Made by a program: the position numbers and the translations under genes. From assembly GCF_001194135.2 (NCBI RefSeq), contig NC_068981.1, forward strand, positions 99,981,138 through 100,045,137: 64,000 bases of DNA, in the 5' to 3' direction. The stretch comes from Octopus bimaculoides. Lineage: Eukaryota. A model generated the notes under the pieces. That model searched no databases and was not told where the DNA came from. It saw only the letters and a program-made list of their open reading frames with translations. This document shows positions 12,656 to 25,351 of the stretch, piece after piece (position 1 is the stretch's first letter; every line of letters starts with the position of its first letter).

Positions 12656-13014
12656 NNNNNNNNNNNNNNNNNNNNNNNNNNNNNNNNNNNNNNNNNNNNN
12701 NNNNNNNNNNNNNNNNNNNNNNNNNNNNNNNNNNNNNNNNNNNNNNATATATACCATCCTTCTCCTCCTCGTCATCTGTCTCTACAATTCTTTCTCTCTC
12801 ACTGTGTGTGTATGTAGTATTTTTTTACTTTTGCCAGCCAACAAGCCTAGCAAGTGTAGTCATTTCACACCTCTTACATTAAGTCTTTCTGTATCTCTCT
12901 TTTACTCTTTCTATTCTTTCTCTCTATATGACATAAAACATGACTGGAAAATATCAACCAATGAACAGAAATATTGGTTTCAAACTTTAACACAAGACCA
13001 GAAATTTCAGGAGA

Positions 13015-13190
13015 AAACCAAGTTGGTTATATTGACCATGGTGTTCAAATGGTACTTATCTTATTGACCCATCAAAGTATGAAAGGCAAAGTCAACCTTG
13101 GCAGAATTTAAATTCAGACCATAAAGACAGATGAAATGGCACTAAGCATTTTGCCCGGCATGCATACAGTTCTGCCAGCTCACCACATTT
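13015..13190 (-). mobile_element. tRNA-derived SINE (family B)
   Basis: ttattgaccc..gaaaggcaaagtcaacctt.gcagaattt.aa.tcaga....ctaagcattttgcccggcatgc..ttctgccagctcacc; recurs many times in the window. Confidence 0.75.
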
Positions 13191-13212
13191 AATGAACATG
13201 AATATTGGTTAC

Positions 13213-13248
<36 letters not shown>

Positions 13249-13250
<2 letters not shown>

Positions 13251-13565
13251 AATCCAAAAAGATGGAAAACAACCACAAAAAATAAAACAACACCATGAGG
13301 ACGTGGTACAAGTTAAGTATTAGCAGACGCTCAGGGAAGGAAAGAAAGGTGGTTTTATGTTTCGAGCAAAGCTCTTCTTCAGAAACAGAAGACAGAGGAA
13401 AGTCCAATAGAAAAGGAAGACGGAGGAACAAAAATCACCAATGATTCACATGTGGTTGTCGGCAACAAAAAGGAAAAGAGAAAGAGGAAAAGGAAAGAAA
13501 GTGGAAGTAGAACAGAAGATAGGATGAGAGAAGACGAGTTAAAGAGGAAGAGTCATGGACAAATA
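13249..13565 (-). mobile_element. Probable PLE pLTR fragment carrying a hammerhead
   Basis: Purine-rich unit flanked by (TA)n that contains the motif at 13352-13386. Confidence 0.5.
13352..13386 (-). ncRNA. Minimal type I hammerhead ribozyme
   Basis: Minus strand GTTT-CTGAAGA-A-GAGC(TTT)GCTC-GAA-ACAT-A-AAAC. Stem I GUUU/AAAC, intact core CUGANGA and GAAA, perfect stem II; stem III ACAT is one transition from the palindrome ACGT. Confidence 0.75.
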
Positions 13566-13567
13566 TG

Positions 13568-13609
<42 letters not shown>

Positions 13610-13740
13610 AACACAGATATGCATCACATTGTTGAAAAAGACAATAGAAAAATGCCTATATTGAATTTTACACAAAGCAATTATCTAAGTGCTAAGAAAA
13701 ATACTTTATCAAGGACATAAAAAATTGACAAACCTAGCCA

Positions 13741-15006
13741 ATTATTGGGTCATCACATAGATAAAACAGTTTTTTTTATACTTCTATTTTTCAAAATTAA
13801 GATAAACAAAGTTCTTTTTTAATCTAAAATATACTCTCCTTCATTTTATAAAATGCTCTTCCATCTATCTAGTAGACTTGCGAGGCCCCTCTTCCAAAAT
13901 TCACTTCTCCATGACGAAGAATACTCCTCCACTGCTGTTCTGACCTTTTCTACAGAATTCATATTTTTTCCGTCCAAATGATTTTGAAGACTGTGGAATA
14001 AGTGATAATCAAATAGGACAATGTCCGGCAAATATGCTAGGTAAGGCATCGTTTGCCATTCAAACTGATCCAGCCTTTGGAATGTCATCCCCCTGTATGT
14101 AGCCAAGCATTACCCTGATGGAAGAGCACCTTTTGTCTTTGTTTTTTGGTAATTTTTCTTCTAGGGCTGACTTAAGCAACTCAGACTGTTAGCAGTAGAT
14201 CTCCTTTGTTATCGTTTGGTTTGGGTTTAAAAGTTCAAAGTGGACAAAACCTTTCATATCCCACTAAATAGATAACAACACCTCATGTGGCTGCAGACCT
14301 TCTTTAGCCTGGGGTGCTGGTGTTTCTCCTTTCCCTACCCACTGTCTTCGGTGCTTGACATTTTTATAGAGAACCCATTTCTCGTCACCAGTCATTATTC
14401 AGTCCAAAAAAGTTTCATTCGTGAGACATGACAACAAAGAAGAGCTCACATTCACTTTGCACATGATTAGACTCAGAAAGTTTGTGAAGAACTCATTGAC
14501 CTAATTTGTTGACTTATCTGATGGCACGCAGTTGTTACTGAATGGTTCAATGACCAAATCCAAGCTACTCTGCCAGTTCCTCAACAGTTATGATCGGATT
14601 TTGTTTCACAAGGGTTTGAAGGACATTCTTATCGAGCTGTATCTTCTAGCATGAGGCTTGTGTTCTAGGCTTGGAATTTCTGGAATCACCGTTGACACTA
14701 GCTTATGCTTATTGTCCGATCACCATATACTGCATTAATATTCCTTGCACTTTCCATTGCGTTGTTGTCTTTATTGAACTCATAAAACAAAATATGCCAA
14801 AAATTCTGCTTTGGCTCTTCCATTGTAGCTTTGAAAAATAACTGTTAAAATCGAACTGCACTCTTCAAAACTTGCACTAAGAATACGGACATGGTAAAAT
14901 TACAACCTGCTTTTATAGCAAGTTGATGCAGGTAGATTTTCCCATCCCCTTCTGACTTTTAGTTCATGCAATTGAAAAACTGCATTATTTATGGGATGAC
15001 CTAATA
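13741..15006 (-). mobile_element. Full-length degenerate mariner transposon (about 1.27 kb)
   Basis: TIRs tattgggtcatcacatagataaaacagt / aactgcattattttatgggatgacctaata; encloses the transposase pseudogene below. Confidence 0.9.
13819..14823 (-). pseudogene. mariner D,D34D transposase pseudogene
   Basis: MEEPKQNFWHILFYEFNKDNNAMESARNINAVYGDRTIS with stops; C-terminal YLPDIVLFDYHLFHSLQNHL (YSPDLAPSDYHLF motif) and RWKSIL*NEGEYILD. Confidence 0.9.
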
Positions 15007-15539
15007 TTTATAAGCAGTTTCTTAACTACAATGTGAGAAATATTTCACACTGAATCAAGTCATTTATTGTCTATATAGATGCATATGCACACACATTATA
15101 TATATATATATATATATATACACTTATTTAAGCTTTTGAAATGTTATTATATTCCATAAAATATAATTTCAATACAAAAAGATTTGTCTAGTTTGATATG
15201 CTGCACAGTTTGATGAGTTTACAACTGTCAATATAATTTGAATAGCATATTATATAATGCTCTGAAGACACATTAGTGACAAAAATATACAATATATTAC
15301 CAGATAAAAATGTAAAGATTCTATACTCTTAAATACAAAAATCTGTCCTAAGTAATAGATTCTTAAAAATAATATTTTGAAATATTTTCCAAGAGTTTAA
15401 AAAGAAGTTATAAATGGATCATATCAAGTATAAACTTTCATTCACATACTCTGTATAATAACTGGCTTATCATCATCAGAGTATCGTCTCAAGTCTCTTT
15501 TACTATGCCTATGATAGCTTCTACTCCTCTGGTCTATGC

Positions 15540-15779
15540 CAGTGGTTCTCTACGGGGGTCCACATAAGATTTTGCTGTTAAAATTTATGTGCTATAAAAT
15601 GGGTTATAATTCTATAAAATGCAAAATATTTTTAACAATTTTTTTTATACAGTCCCTAATAATATTTAATTATAAAAATATAACGGGACTTTTTAAAACA
15701 TAGAATGTTTATTAGAGCCCAGCAGAGTAAAATAGTAATCAAAGGGGTCTATAGGCAAAAAAATGGTTGCGGAACACTG
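15540..15779. mobile_element. hAT (Charlie-like) MITE with 8-bp TSD
   Basis: TSD GTCTATGC at 15532-15539 and 15780-15787; termini cagtggttctc / gcggaacactg. Confidence 0.85.
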
Positions 15780-16377
15780 GTCTATGCAAACATTCAGTGA
15801 GTGGTGAGATTAATACAATGTTCCTCTAGGAGACCTGCAAGACTATAAGAATAACATTTACAGTGATGAAATTCCATAGGGACAAATTTCCCGGAGAAAA
15901 AAGAATGGGTGTAATGGTTAATGTAGCTTCTGAAAGGTGGGGGGAGGTACAACATGGGAGATGAGTGGGAAGATGAGTGAGTGAGGAATTCTTGAATGGA
16001 GATGCCATGAGAGTCACCAGGTCAAAATTGAAGAGGTTACTGTAGTTACAGTAGAAAAGACAGAGAGAAGACAACACATGTGGGTCAGCAATTGGAGTAT
16101 ATTAGGGTATAAAATTATACTTGCTCTAACAATTTATGCAGATTTTTTAATAATCAAATTCATCCAGTTATAAACACACACATTATCACCTGAATAATTT
16201 GGTTCAGTACATCTTCATTTTAATATGGTAGGATGATTTGAGGAAATTTTCCAGTGCTAAATCCAACAAGTCAAACACAAAAGAGACTGGCATCAATAAT
16301 CACATTATGTGATTATAATCACATGTGGTTATAACCGTTTGTGTAAAACAACAACTTTGTACTTTGAATGTATCCAG

Positions 16378-16489
16378 ACTTGACTCGAAAACCAACAGAC
16401 AGAGAAACAAAGTTGACATTGGAAAACAGCACCAAACTGCATCTTGTACAAGTAACCACTGCATGCCAAATTGTGCAGCAGAGATGGAG
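16378..16489 (+). CDS. Candidate internal exon of unidentified host gene (LDSKTNRQRNKVDIGKQHQTASCTSNHCMPNCAAEME)
   Basis: Acceptor tgtatccag, strong donor GAG|GTAAGT, open frame, phase 2 to 0. No homology recognised. Confidence 0.45.
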
Positions 16490-18099
16490 GTAAGTTATAT
16501 CTAGTCATCTGACCATCTATGTCCTAGGTATGCTATATCATGGCCAACTCAGGGTTATACATCAACAACAATTGAACAAAGAACATAAAATATTGCTTCT
16601 TGCTTTTCAAGATGATTGCATGCTACCTAGTCTGTATCTCCACAATCAATAACAGGTAGAATGCAGTTGAAATAAAGTCAGCGATAGCAGGATTCCACAT
16701 CAAAACTACTTTTCAATTAGATAGTATAATAAATAATGCCAGTAGGATATTCCTCTCGAGAAATTTCAATTTAGCAAGGCAAACAGAAGTTTGAGGATAT
16801 ATATATACTAATCAAAGCCATCACATGTATATGTACACATGCATGTGTGCATACATGCATATGTACACATGCATGCATGTGTGCATATGTACACAAACAT
16901 GCATGCGCATGAATACACTTGCATGCACATACTCAGAAATGCACCTATACGCACACACAAATATATACATACATGTGTGTATAAAAGTCTATATAAGTTT
17001 GTTTGTGTAGGTGTGTATGTATATACACGCACACATAGGTATATACAAATATGTCAGAATATAATATACAGAAACTTATAAATTAAACCACCACTGCATG
17101 TGTAAATTAATTAAATACATTGGATAGCTGTAAACAACTGTCTTTGTTTATTCAATTTTCTCATGGACTGCAAAATAGAAATCAACTGAACTAGTTTCAA
17201 TCTTTGATAAGATTTCATGAACAAGGGATGACATTCTTTTAAGTGCCTCTTAACAACCAGCCCTGAAATTCAAGATGCATGATTCATATTGCAAGGGATA
17301 CCTGCACAGTGAGGCCTAATAATGATACTGGAGGTGTACNNNNNNNNNNNNNNNNNNNNNNNNNNNNNNNNNNNNNNNNNNNNNNNNNNNNNNNNNNNNN
17401 NNNNNNNNNNNNNNNNNNNNNNNNNNNNNNNNNNNNNNNTACAAATGGGGATGTGCATGTTCCCTTGTCTTGATATCATGTAGTGGTTGTAAAGTGAGGG
17501 TTGGCCACAGAAAATCTTCCTCAACCCAAAATTTCCGCCTGACCCATGCAAGCTTGGAAAAGTGGATATTAGATGATGATGATGACAATGAACTCAAACT
17601 TTGTTCACCACTATGCTTCATACATACACACAATATTTTTACATCAATGTAGCCATTGTACTTGCACCAGCTGATCACAAATTAAACTCATTCAGTATCA
17701 ACTTCTCAAACAAGTTCGCAATATAAACCCATTACATTATGCTACAGTTGATTTCTGTTCAGTTGCTGCTATAGTCCAGTTATCACAAGGCAAATGAATC
17801 TGCTTGAGTCAAGATAACTTCACTAGTAACAGAAACCATATACAAATTTAGTCATTTGTGCAATGATATACAGTGATAAAACATTTATTGCACTTTATGA
17901 TAGTAAAGAATGACATCAGTGAAATGATAACTCATCCAAAGATGTATGGTCATTTCAGTCCATTCAGTCTCCCAACTCATTCACTCTCTCTCTCTCTCTC
18001 TCTCATATACACACATGAATTTATATAAGTGAAATTTATATATTCCTTTTAATGCATGTCTCAGGAGTTGATTTGCGAAGTTGGCATGCTTTGTGTAAC

Positions 18100-18107
18100 A
18101 AATATAT

Positions 18108-18178
<71 letters not shown>

Positions 18179-18322
18179 TATATATATGCGCACACACACA
18201 CATAAATATACAAACATATATATATATATATATATATACATATATATATAGGAACACATACATACACAATATATACATACATATACATGTACAACATATA
18301 CGCATATACATACATATATATG

Positions 18323-18366
<44 letters not shown>

Positions 18367-18759
18367 TATATATATAAATATACATATACATACATATACA
18401 TGCATATACATGTATATACATACATATATATACATACATACATATACATATATATACACATACATATATATATATATATATACACATACATATATATATA
18501 TACACACACACACACATATATATATATACATACATATACATACATATATATATACATATACATATATATACATATACATATATATAAATACATATGCATA
18601 CATATATATATACACATACATATATATAAATACATGTACATATATATATATACACACATATATATATATATACATATATATATACATAAATATACATACA
18701 TATATTTATAAATATATATATACATATATTTATATACATATATATATACATACATATAT
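18100..18759. repeat. (TA)/(CA)/(TACA) low-complexity array
   Basis: Directly visible; adjacent to an N gap. Confidence 0.95.
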
Positions 18760-19093
18760 NNNNNNNNNNNNNNNNNNNNNNNNNNNNNNNNNNNNNNNNN
18801 NNNNNNNNNNNNNNNNNNNNNNNNNNNNNNNNNNNNNNNNNNNNNNNNNNNNNNNNNNNNNNNNNNNNNNNNNNNNNNNNNNNNNNNNNNNNNNNNNNNN
18901 NNNNNNNNNNNNNNNNNNNNNNNNNNNNNNNNNNNNNNNNNNNNNNNNNNNNNNNNNNNNNNNNNNNNNNNNNNNNNNNNNNNNNNNNNNNNNNNNNNNN
19001 NNNNNNNNNNNNNNNNNNNNNNNNNNNNNNNNNNNNNNNNNNNNNNNNNNNNNNNNNNNNNNNNNNNNNNNNNNNNNNNNNNNNNNNNNNNNN

Positions 19094-19127
<34 letters not shown>

Positions 19128-20779
19128 TACATATATATTATTATTAAATTGTATGTGTATATATATTGTTAAATTGTATGTGTGTATATCATATGAGAAC
19201 ATAAAAAGATATTGTATAGGGAAAATTGAGGTTTAAGGTTCAAGGAAATTCAAAAGAGATAGTCGAGGCACGAAAGCCAAGAAGATCTAATAATGCAATT
19301 AAACTATCAAATGCCAGAAAAGTCCAAATATCAGGAAAATAAATTTTATTCTAGGAAATTTACCCATTAAGTATTATGAAACTAAATATTTCAGTGTTTG
19401 AATTATAATATATATTGGATTAATGTGAAAGGATAAAGAAAATCTTCCGCATTCTTTTGTGAACTAATCCTCTTTGGAGATTATATGGAAATATTCCATA
19501 CAGAATTTGAATGACAATATCATATCTGTATATGCACAAACATACATACTTATGCTTTTATACACACTGTTAAGCCATTTCTCTCTCTATATAGTTTACT
19601 CTTCTTCTCTATCACATTTTGACACATACAGAATACTTACTCATAACCTTGAATGTACAATTATATATGCACAGTAAATATAAATATAGCTATATGCATA
19701 TTTGTACATATAGACACTAGCCCACATATTGAAAGCTAAGAGACTATAAATAATTGAAGTAGCACTAGTAACTGTTCAACTTAAGTATACTATTACTACT
19801 GTATAGTTATAGTGAACTAATTGTTCTTAACCCACTATATACTCGCACATCTATATGATACAGCCAGCAAAGGTCATGACCAATTAATGGTTGAAACAGG
19901 AGATAACTTTTTTGTACTAGGTATACAGTATTGTAAGGAATCAGGCTTTGTAGGTGTGATCTACTCTTCATGAACTAATGAAGGAAGCTTTATGTATTTG
20001 CTTAACTCAACAGAAGTAGCAGCCAAATTCCTCTCAAACCACATCTTAACATTACAAGAAGAGGACAATGGATAATGTAGTCCTGGACACAGTATCTAAA
20101 AATATGATGGAGTAGTCAGGCTCAAATGTTTTGATTATAGGCCTGTCTGATCAACACTGACTTGGGTGCCTAAATAATAACAATAACAATTTATTTCTAA
20201 CTAAGATTCATTGAGTATTCTTGTAAGATTAGCTTCACCAATGGGACTAAAGATATATGATCAGTAATGTGAATGACTAGAAGAAGGAAGACCAATTAGA
20301 AACAAACCAGATTAATTAATGAAAAATAAATAAAGGAATTTTTTTAAGCTTTGTGTATAAAAAGAAATAACAAAGATCAGACTAAGTTGAGATGAATTTT
20401 ATTATAAAATATCTGGCAAGTCGATTATGCATTGTTCAATCAGCATATTAATTTTAATTAACCAATCTTTATATTAGGTATGTTGTCCCAAGATTAAGAC
20501 ACATTTTCTGTTCTTACTTTCAAAGATCCGATTAAAATGAAGTTCTGGGAATTACATTATTTTCTCTCTTTCCACTTCTGTACTGATCAGTTTATCTAAT
20601 CTGCATTTTTATAAACATCCCAGTTCCTAACCAAATTTTTTTAAACTATTAACCAGCAACAATTCAAATGAAATATGAATCCCAGTATCTCATGCCTTAT
20701 TTCAATCTAGAAGTTATCCTATTATTCTCACTAAAAAAATAAAAGATAAGAATCATAGAAATGTGGACTTGTTAAAAGT

Positions 20780-20955
20780 GAATTGAAGAAAAACAACTAT
20801 GAATGAAGACAGTTATGATGACTACAGTAACAAGGATCACTACAATGAGGACAACTTTGCTAATACTGGTAAAGAAGATAATGATAATAATGATGATAGT
20901 GGAGATGGTGGCAGTATTGTAGTTGATGATGGTGATGATGATGATGACGACGACA
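20780..20955. repeat. Degenerate (GAT/GAC)n trinucleotide region
   Basis: Directly visible; explains the D-rich ORF 20799-21110. Confidence 0.75.
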
Positions 20956-21580
20956 GCGTTTGCAGGCTTCCACATACACTCTTGAACGCATTACATTCTT
21001 CATCATTGAACGTAATTGCATATCCATCAGTGAAACATCTGTATGATTTGCTGCCAAACAAACAACAGCCTTTGCCACTTGACAAGTTTATATTATCCAT
21101 TGTAAACTGAAAACACTTCACCTCAGAATACAATATTTTAACCACCACTGAACACAAGATTGCCTTCTATTCAAATCTAATGCATCAGCTTCAAATGATT
21201 GATAACAAATCTACTGATGTGAAATATTTAGTCAGGCTTCTATAAAATCCAGTAACTTATTGTATTTAACTTCTAATTGAATGAAAATCTGTTAGTGATA
21301 CTGTTATATTAGATTATTGAAACAAATATTAGTTCATATATCATTTAAATATATCTTATTCAATGTTATTGAATTTAGGGAGACAATCAGATAGTAATGA
21401 ACAGCTGTGTAAATTTATATATCTTATAAAGTCAGATGTATTATTGTATTTGTTCATTAGCTTATACATTTTTCAAAATGTGTTATATTGCTCATTAATC
21501 TATTTAACATTGATATAACAAGCTGGTTAAATCTTTTTTTCTGTTTTTAACATTATAGAGACAATCTCATTATTTTGCAG

Positions 21581-21686
21581 CTTCTTGAGACTGAAGAGGT
21601 TAGTGCATCGATTTCTGCTATTGATGACTGTAAGAAAAATATGGATGAGAAGGGAATTTCAGAAAGTTGCATTTCTAAGAATAAAG
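21581..21686 (+). CDS. Candidate internal exon (LLETEEVSASISAIDDCKKNMDEKGISESCISKNK)
   Basis: Acceptor ctcattattttgcag, donor AAG|GTTTAG, open purine-rich frame, phase 0 to 1, compatible with the flanking candidates. Confidence 0.5.
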
Positions 21687-23029
21687 GTTTAGTCAAAATA
21701 TTTAGTACAGGATACGTACATGTACAGGATCGCATCAAATAATTTACCTAATCAGTAATCTTGACTCCCAGAGCTCTCTCTCTCTCTCTGATAATAATTA
21801 TTACATGAAAGAATATTATATATTTACAACATATTGAAATGTCTAGTGTATAGTCAATGTCTAATTAAGCCAAATATTATATTTATTTCAATTACACATC
21901 CTGCTACTTTTGGCAAGTCATGTGATAACTACAGCTCTTCATGATGAAGGAGCTAGGAAGCTTTTGAAATTACTTGTAGAAAAGTGATCCTGTGGCTTAC
22001 CAAAAATATTCCAGATTATAATTTTAGTCTAAAGTATAGCTAAATATTCTTTAAGCATCTAAATACCAAAAACATTACATATGCTTACATATACTAAACT
22101 GGTTGCTGCTGTTGTTCAACCCCAGGTGAAGCATGATCCTGCAGACCTATGATCAATTGTAACCATTCCAACTTTTTAGGAGTATCTAGGACTACTATTG
22201 TCTAATATATACTTCTCTGTTTGAATATGATAAGGTATAATTTGAAGATTACATTGCATAGGCCAAGCAACTGCACAGAGGTTTTCCAGGCTTCAGTTGT
22301 AATTTATAGTAAATTTCTTGGGGAAACACTCAAATTCCCTATTTCCTTATGATTGTGGAGACTGAGCTTTGTAGGGAAGGATGAAAGATAAATATATTGT
22401 TCATATCAGACATAGGTGTGTCATTAAGAAGTTTGATTTGCAATCGTGTGATTCAAACATGTTGAATCCTGGAGTAAGTGTCTTCAACCAAAGCCTCATA
22501 CCAACCTCTTTTGTAAGTGAAACCATGCAGAAGCCTATCATATAGACTATACTTATTACTAGGTGGTAGACTTAATCTGTTGTGTGGTAAAGTATCTCCA
22601 CCAGGCCCTGGGATACTTCTAGTAGAGTTACACACTGATGCAAGCATCATGGTCAAGGCTCTGGCCTGAAAGTAATTTTCTCCAATTTTCCTCCCAGTCT
22701 TGGAGATCTGCATAAGGCTGGAGGTGCTGCTCTGTCTTCTTTGACTAGGCTATGGAAAGCACATGAAACATACAGCAAACTAAAGCTGCAAATTAAACAT
22801 AACCTCTAATACTACAAATAGCATGTACTGACCCACATAGTCCCAGATGAGGGGTTTAAAACTAAAATAGTAAGATAACTAAACACAGTCATAAAATTTA
22901 GTTTCCAGTAGTAACTATTGCCAATAAAATGAAAAATAAAAATGATAACACACCAAAGAGAATTGCATGTTTTAATTGGAAACATATGTTATAAACTATC
23001 AAACCTTGAGTCTCTATACATCAACAACA

Positions 23030-23450
23030 TAGGTGCAGGTATGGCTGTGTGGTAAAAAGCTTGCTTTTAAACCACATGGTTCTGGAGTCAATCACACTAT
23101 GTGGTACCTTGGGCAAGTATCTTTTCCTAAAGCTTCAGGTTGACCAAAGCCTTGTTAGTAGATTTGGTAAACAGAAACTGAAAGAAGCCAACCATATAAA
23201 TATGCATGTGGGCGTGTGTGTTGCTGCATTTTTTGCTTTCATATCATGTTACAACTGTTAACAAGTGGCATCACCATGCAAGTGGTGCCCTTCTTTTCTA
23301 ATCTTCCATGAAAACATGTTTGGTCATGGGGAAATATTACTTCACTTGGAAATAGATGAAGGTTGGTGGCATCCAGCCATAGAATATCTTGCTTTAACAA
23401 ATTCTGTCTGACCCATGCAAGCATGGAAAAGTGAACATTAAAACGATGAT
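23030..23450 (+). mobile_element. Composite SINE: family A tRNA head plus RTE-type tail
   Basis: ggtgcaggtatggctgtgtggtaaaaagcttgc head through acccatgcaagcatggaaaag..ttaaaacgatgat tail; same layout at 60975-61360. Confidence 0.75.
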
Positions 23451-23694
23451 AACTCAGTCTATGAGAGCCTCCTCAACAACTATGGATTAACAATCTCCAG
23501 GCTAAAAACTATAAAAATAATATTGCTCTTAAGATGTCAGAAACTCAAATTCATTAATCATTTGAATTCTACATAAAACTGAATAAGATGAATTCTATCA
23601 CTTTTTAAAATCATACTAGAAATGTAGTGAGCTGTAGTGTATATCAACATACTTTACACACACATAACAGGTATACAATACAGAAAAAGAAAAA

Positions 23695-24008
23695 ATTCCC
23701 TATACTGAACATTCAGTTTCAGCTATTTCCATAGCCTCTTCAGTAAGGACTGCTTGTTTGGCTATTTCCAGGCTTAATCCACCACCAACATATATGTATT
23801 TACTATAAAAATTTATGGATGATTTCGTAAATTGCTAATGTCTATACAAAAATTAATATAAACACATTTTGCATGGCTGTTTATATTAATTTTTGTATAG
23901 ACATTAGCTATTTGTTAAATCATCCATAAATTTTTATGGTAAATACATATATGTTGAGTGTGGATTAAACCTGGAAATAATTGAAACTGAACGTTCAGTA
24001 TAGGGAAT
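23695..24008. repeat. Long near-perfect inverted repeat (fold-back, MITE-like)
   Basis: Arms 23695-23864 and 23878-24008, 13-nt loop cattttgcatggc; extra segment in the left arm bounded by a duplicated gctatttcc. Confidence 0.9.
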
Positions 24009-24190
24009 ACTCAAGTCAGTGTTTTGGGGTGATTACAGTCCCTGTGAGCATATTTGTATACAATTATGTGCTTTTACTACAACATTAGAACATTTCAGCT
24101 CTTATTTCTAGCAATGTAGATCTCTTGACGCCCTTAGTTACATTTAGTGACAATATATTTTTCCTGTTTATATGTATGTGTGTGTGTGTG

Positions 24191-24222
<32 letters not shown>

Positions 24223-24224
24223 AA

Positions 24225-24425
24225 CTCTTCGAAACGCCAGTGTTAGAATGGTGGCAGCTGATGAAGGAAATGTTCTCTATGTTACCTGTGTGTTTTCTGT
24301 ACTCCATTTATTATTTTTTTGTCTACGTTTTGTTTGCAACGTCCTGTCCCCAGATATGCATCTATATATACAGGTAGATGTAGGTATGTACATACATGTA
24401 CGTATATATGCATATAATCATTTAT
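24225..24425 (+). mobile_element. Diverged copy of the repeat that forms the 61.5-62.1 kb inverted structure
   Basis: ctgatgaagg...gtcctgtcccc.gatatgcat.tat.tatac..gtagatgtag.tatgtacata aligns to 62045-62125 and to the reverse complement of 61560-61750. Confidence 0.6.
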
Positions 24426-24469
24426 TATTTGTGTGTGTGTGTGTGTGTGTGTATATATACATATATATC

Positions 24470-24997
24470 ACATTCATTAACCCAGACTTCTTTAATCTCC
24501 TTTGAAGTAGTCCCCTTCTGAAGTCACATACTTTATCCAGTATCATTTACATTGATGGAAGCATTCCTGATGTTCATTTCCCAAGATAACGAATAGTTGC
24601 CTTGTTACAGTCTCTTTGATTTCAAAATATCAAGGATGATATTTTGAAATCATGCTCTTTTCAAGCGGGATTTTATTTTTGGAAGGATTCTTGACTGTAA
24701 TAAGCTTCAAGCCATGTCTCTTTCCATGCATACACTCAAACAAATACACACACACATACATCTTCTCTGCCATGGTCACTGATGGAACCGCTGTAGTGTG
24801 GTGAGATGACAGCACCCTACACACTTTATATCCAAGCACTGCTATAAACAATGGAGGTGAGTGTGAAAACATTATAATTTAATGTGCATGCACGACAGAA
24901 TTCAAGGTTAATTTGTGCCAAGCAACTTCACTTAGCATACTTAAGCTTCTTTACCATAGCAACAATCCCATTACTTTTTGATCAAACCTTGTATATA
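24470..24997 (-). mobile_element. Internally deleted non-autonomous mariner (same family as 52771-53637)
   Basis: 24830-24997 aligns to 53480-53637 (gtgcatgcac..caga.ttcaagg..aat..gt.ccaagc.acttcac..atcaaacct). 24490-24600 resembles a transposase 3' end (tttgaagtagtccccttc = EGDYFK on minus). Confidence 0.7.
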
Positions 24998-25105
24998 CGA
25001 TGATGACATCTTATTCATTCATTTCTTTTTCTGTTTAGTATACCTGTTGTACCTGTGTGTATGTATACACACACAAGTATCTCTCTCTCTCACTCTCTAC
25101 ATATA

Positions 25106-25138
<33 letters not shown>

Positions 25139-25300
25139 GGTGTTCTCTCACCATTATAACAATTCTCACCATTTTACTGTCTGTTTTTATTCTGGCAGGA
25201 GTCATTCAAATTTATAGGATGATGCATTGCTACTCTTTTGGCTCCTAACTCTTGTACGAAAAGCAAACTATGCTGAAAATAGACTTTACCATTTCTTCAG

Positions 25301-25351
25301 ATGTCATTTTTGATTTACCTCAGTCATGCTTACTCTCCATCACTGCAATCG
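25301..25351 (+). CDS. Candidate internal exon ((D)VIFDLPQSCLLSITAI(G))
   Basis: Acceptor ttaccatttcttcag, donor CG|GTACAG, phase 1 to 1, open only in compatible reading with neighbours. Confidence 0.4.

Noticed and set aside
17981-19202. YIYI/MYVY-rich ORFs up to 388 aa
   Set aside because: Translations of dinucleotide low-complexity DNA plus gap.
20799-21110. Asp-rich 103-aa ORF and a possible exon at about 20966-21040
   Set aside because: The acidic part is a (GAT)n repeat; the putative acceptor has no polypyrimidine tract.
24230-24267. CGAAAC...CTGATGAAGG as a permuted hammerhead (also CTGACGAAGG near 61740, minus)
   Set aside because: No convincing stem II or stem III and no UH cleavage triplet could be built.
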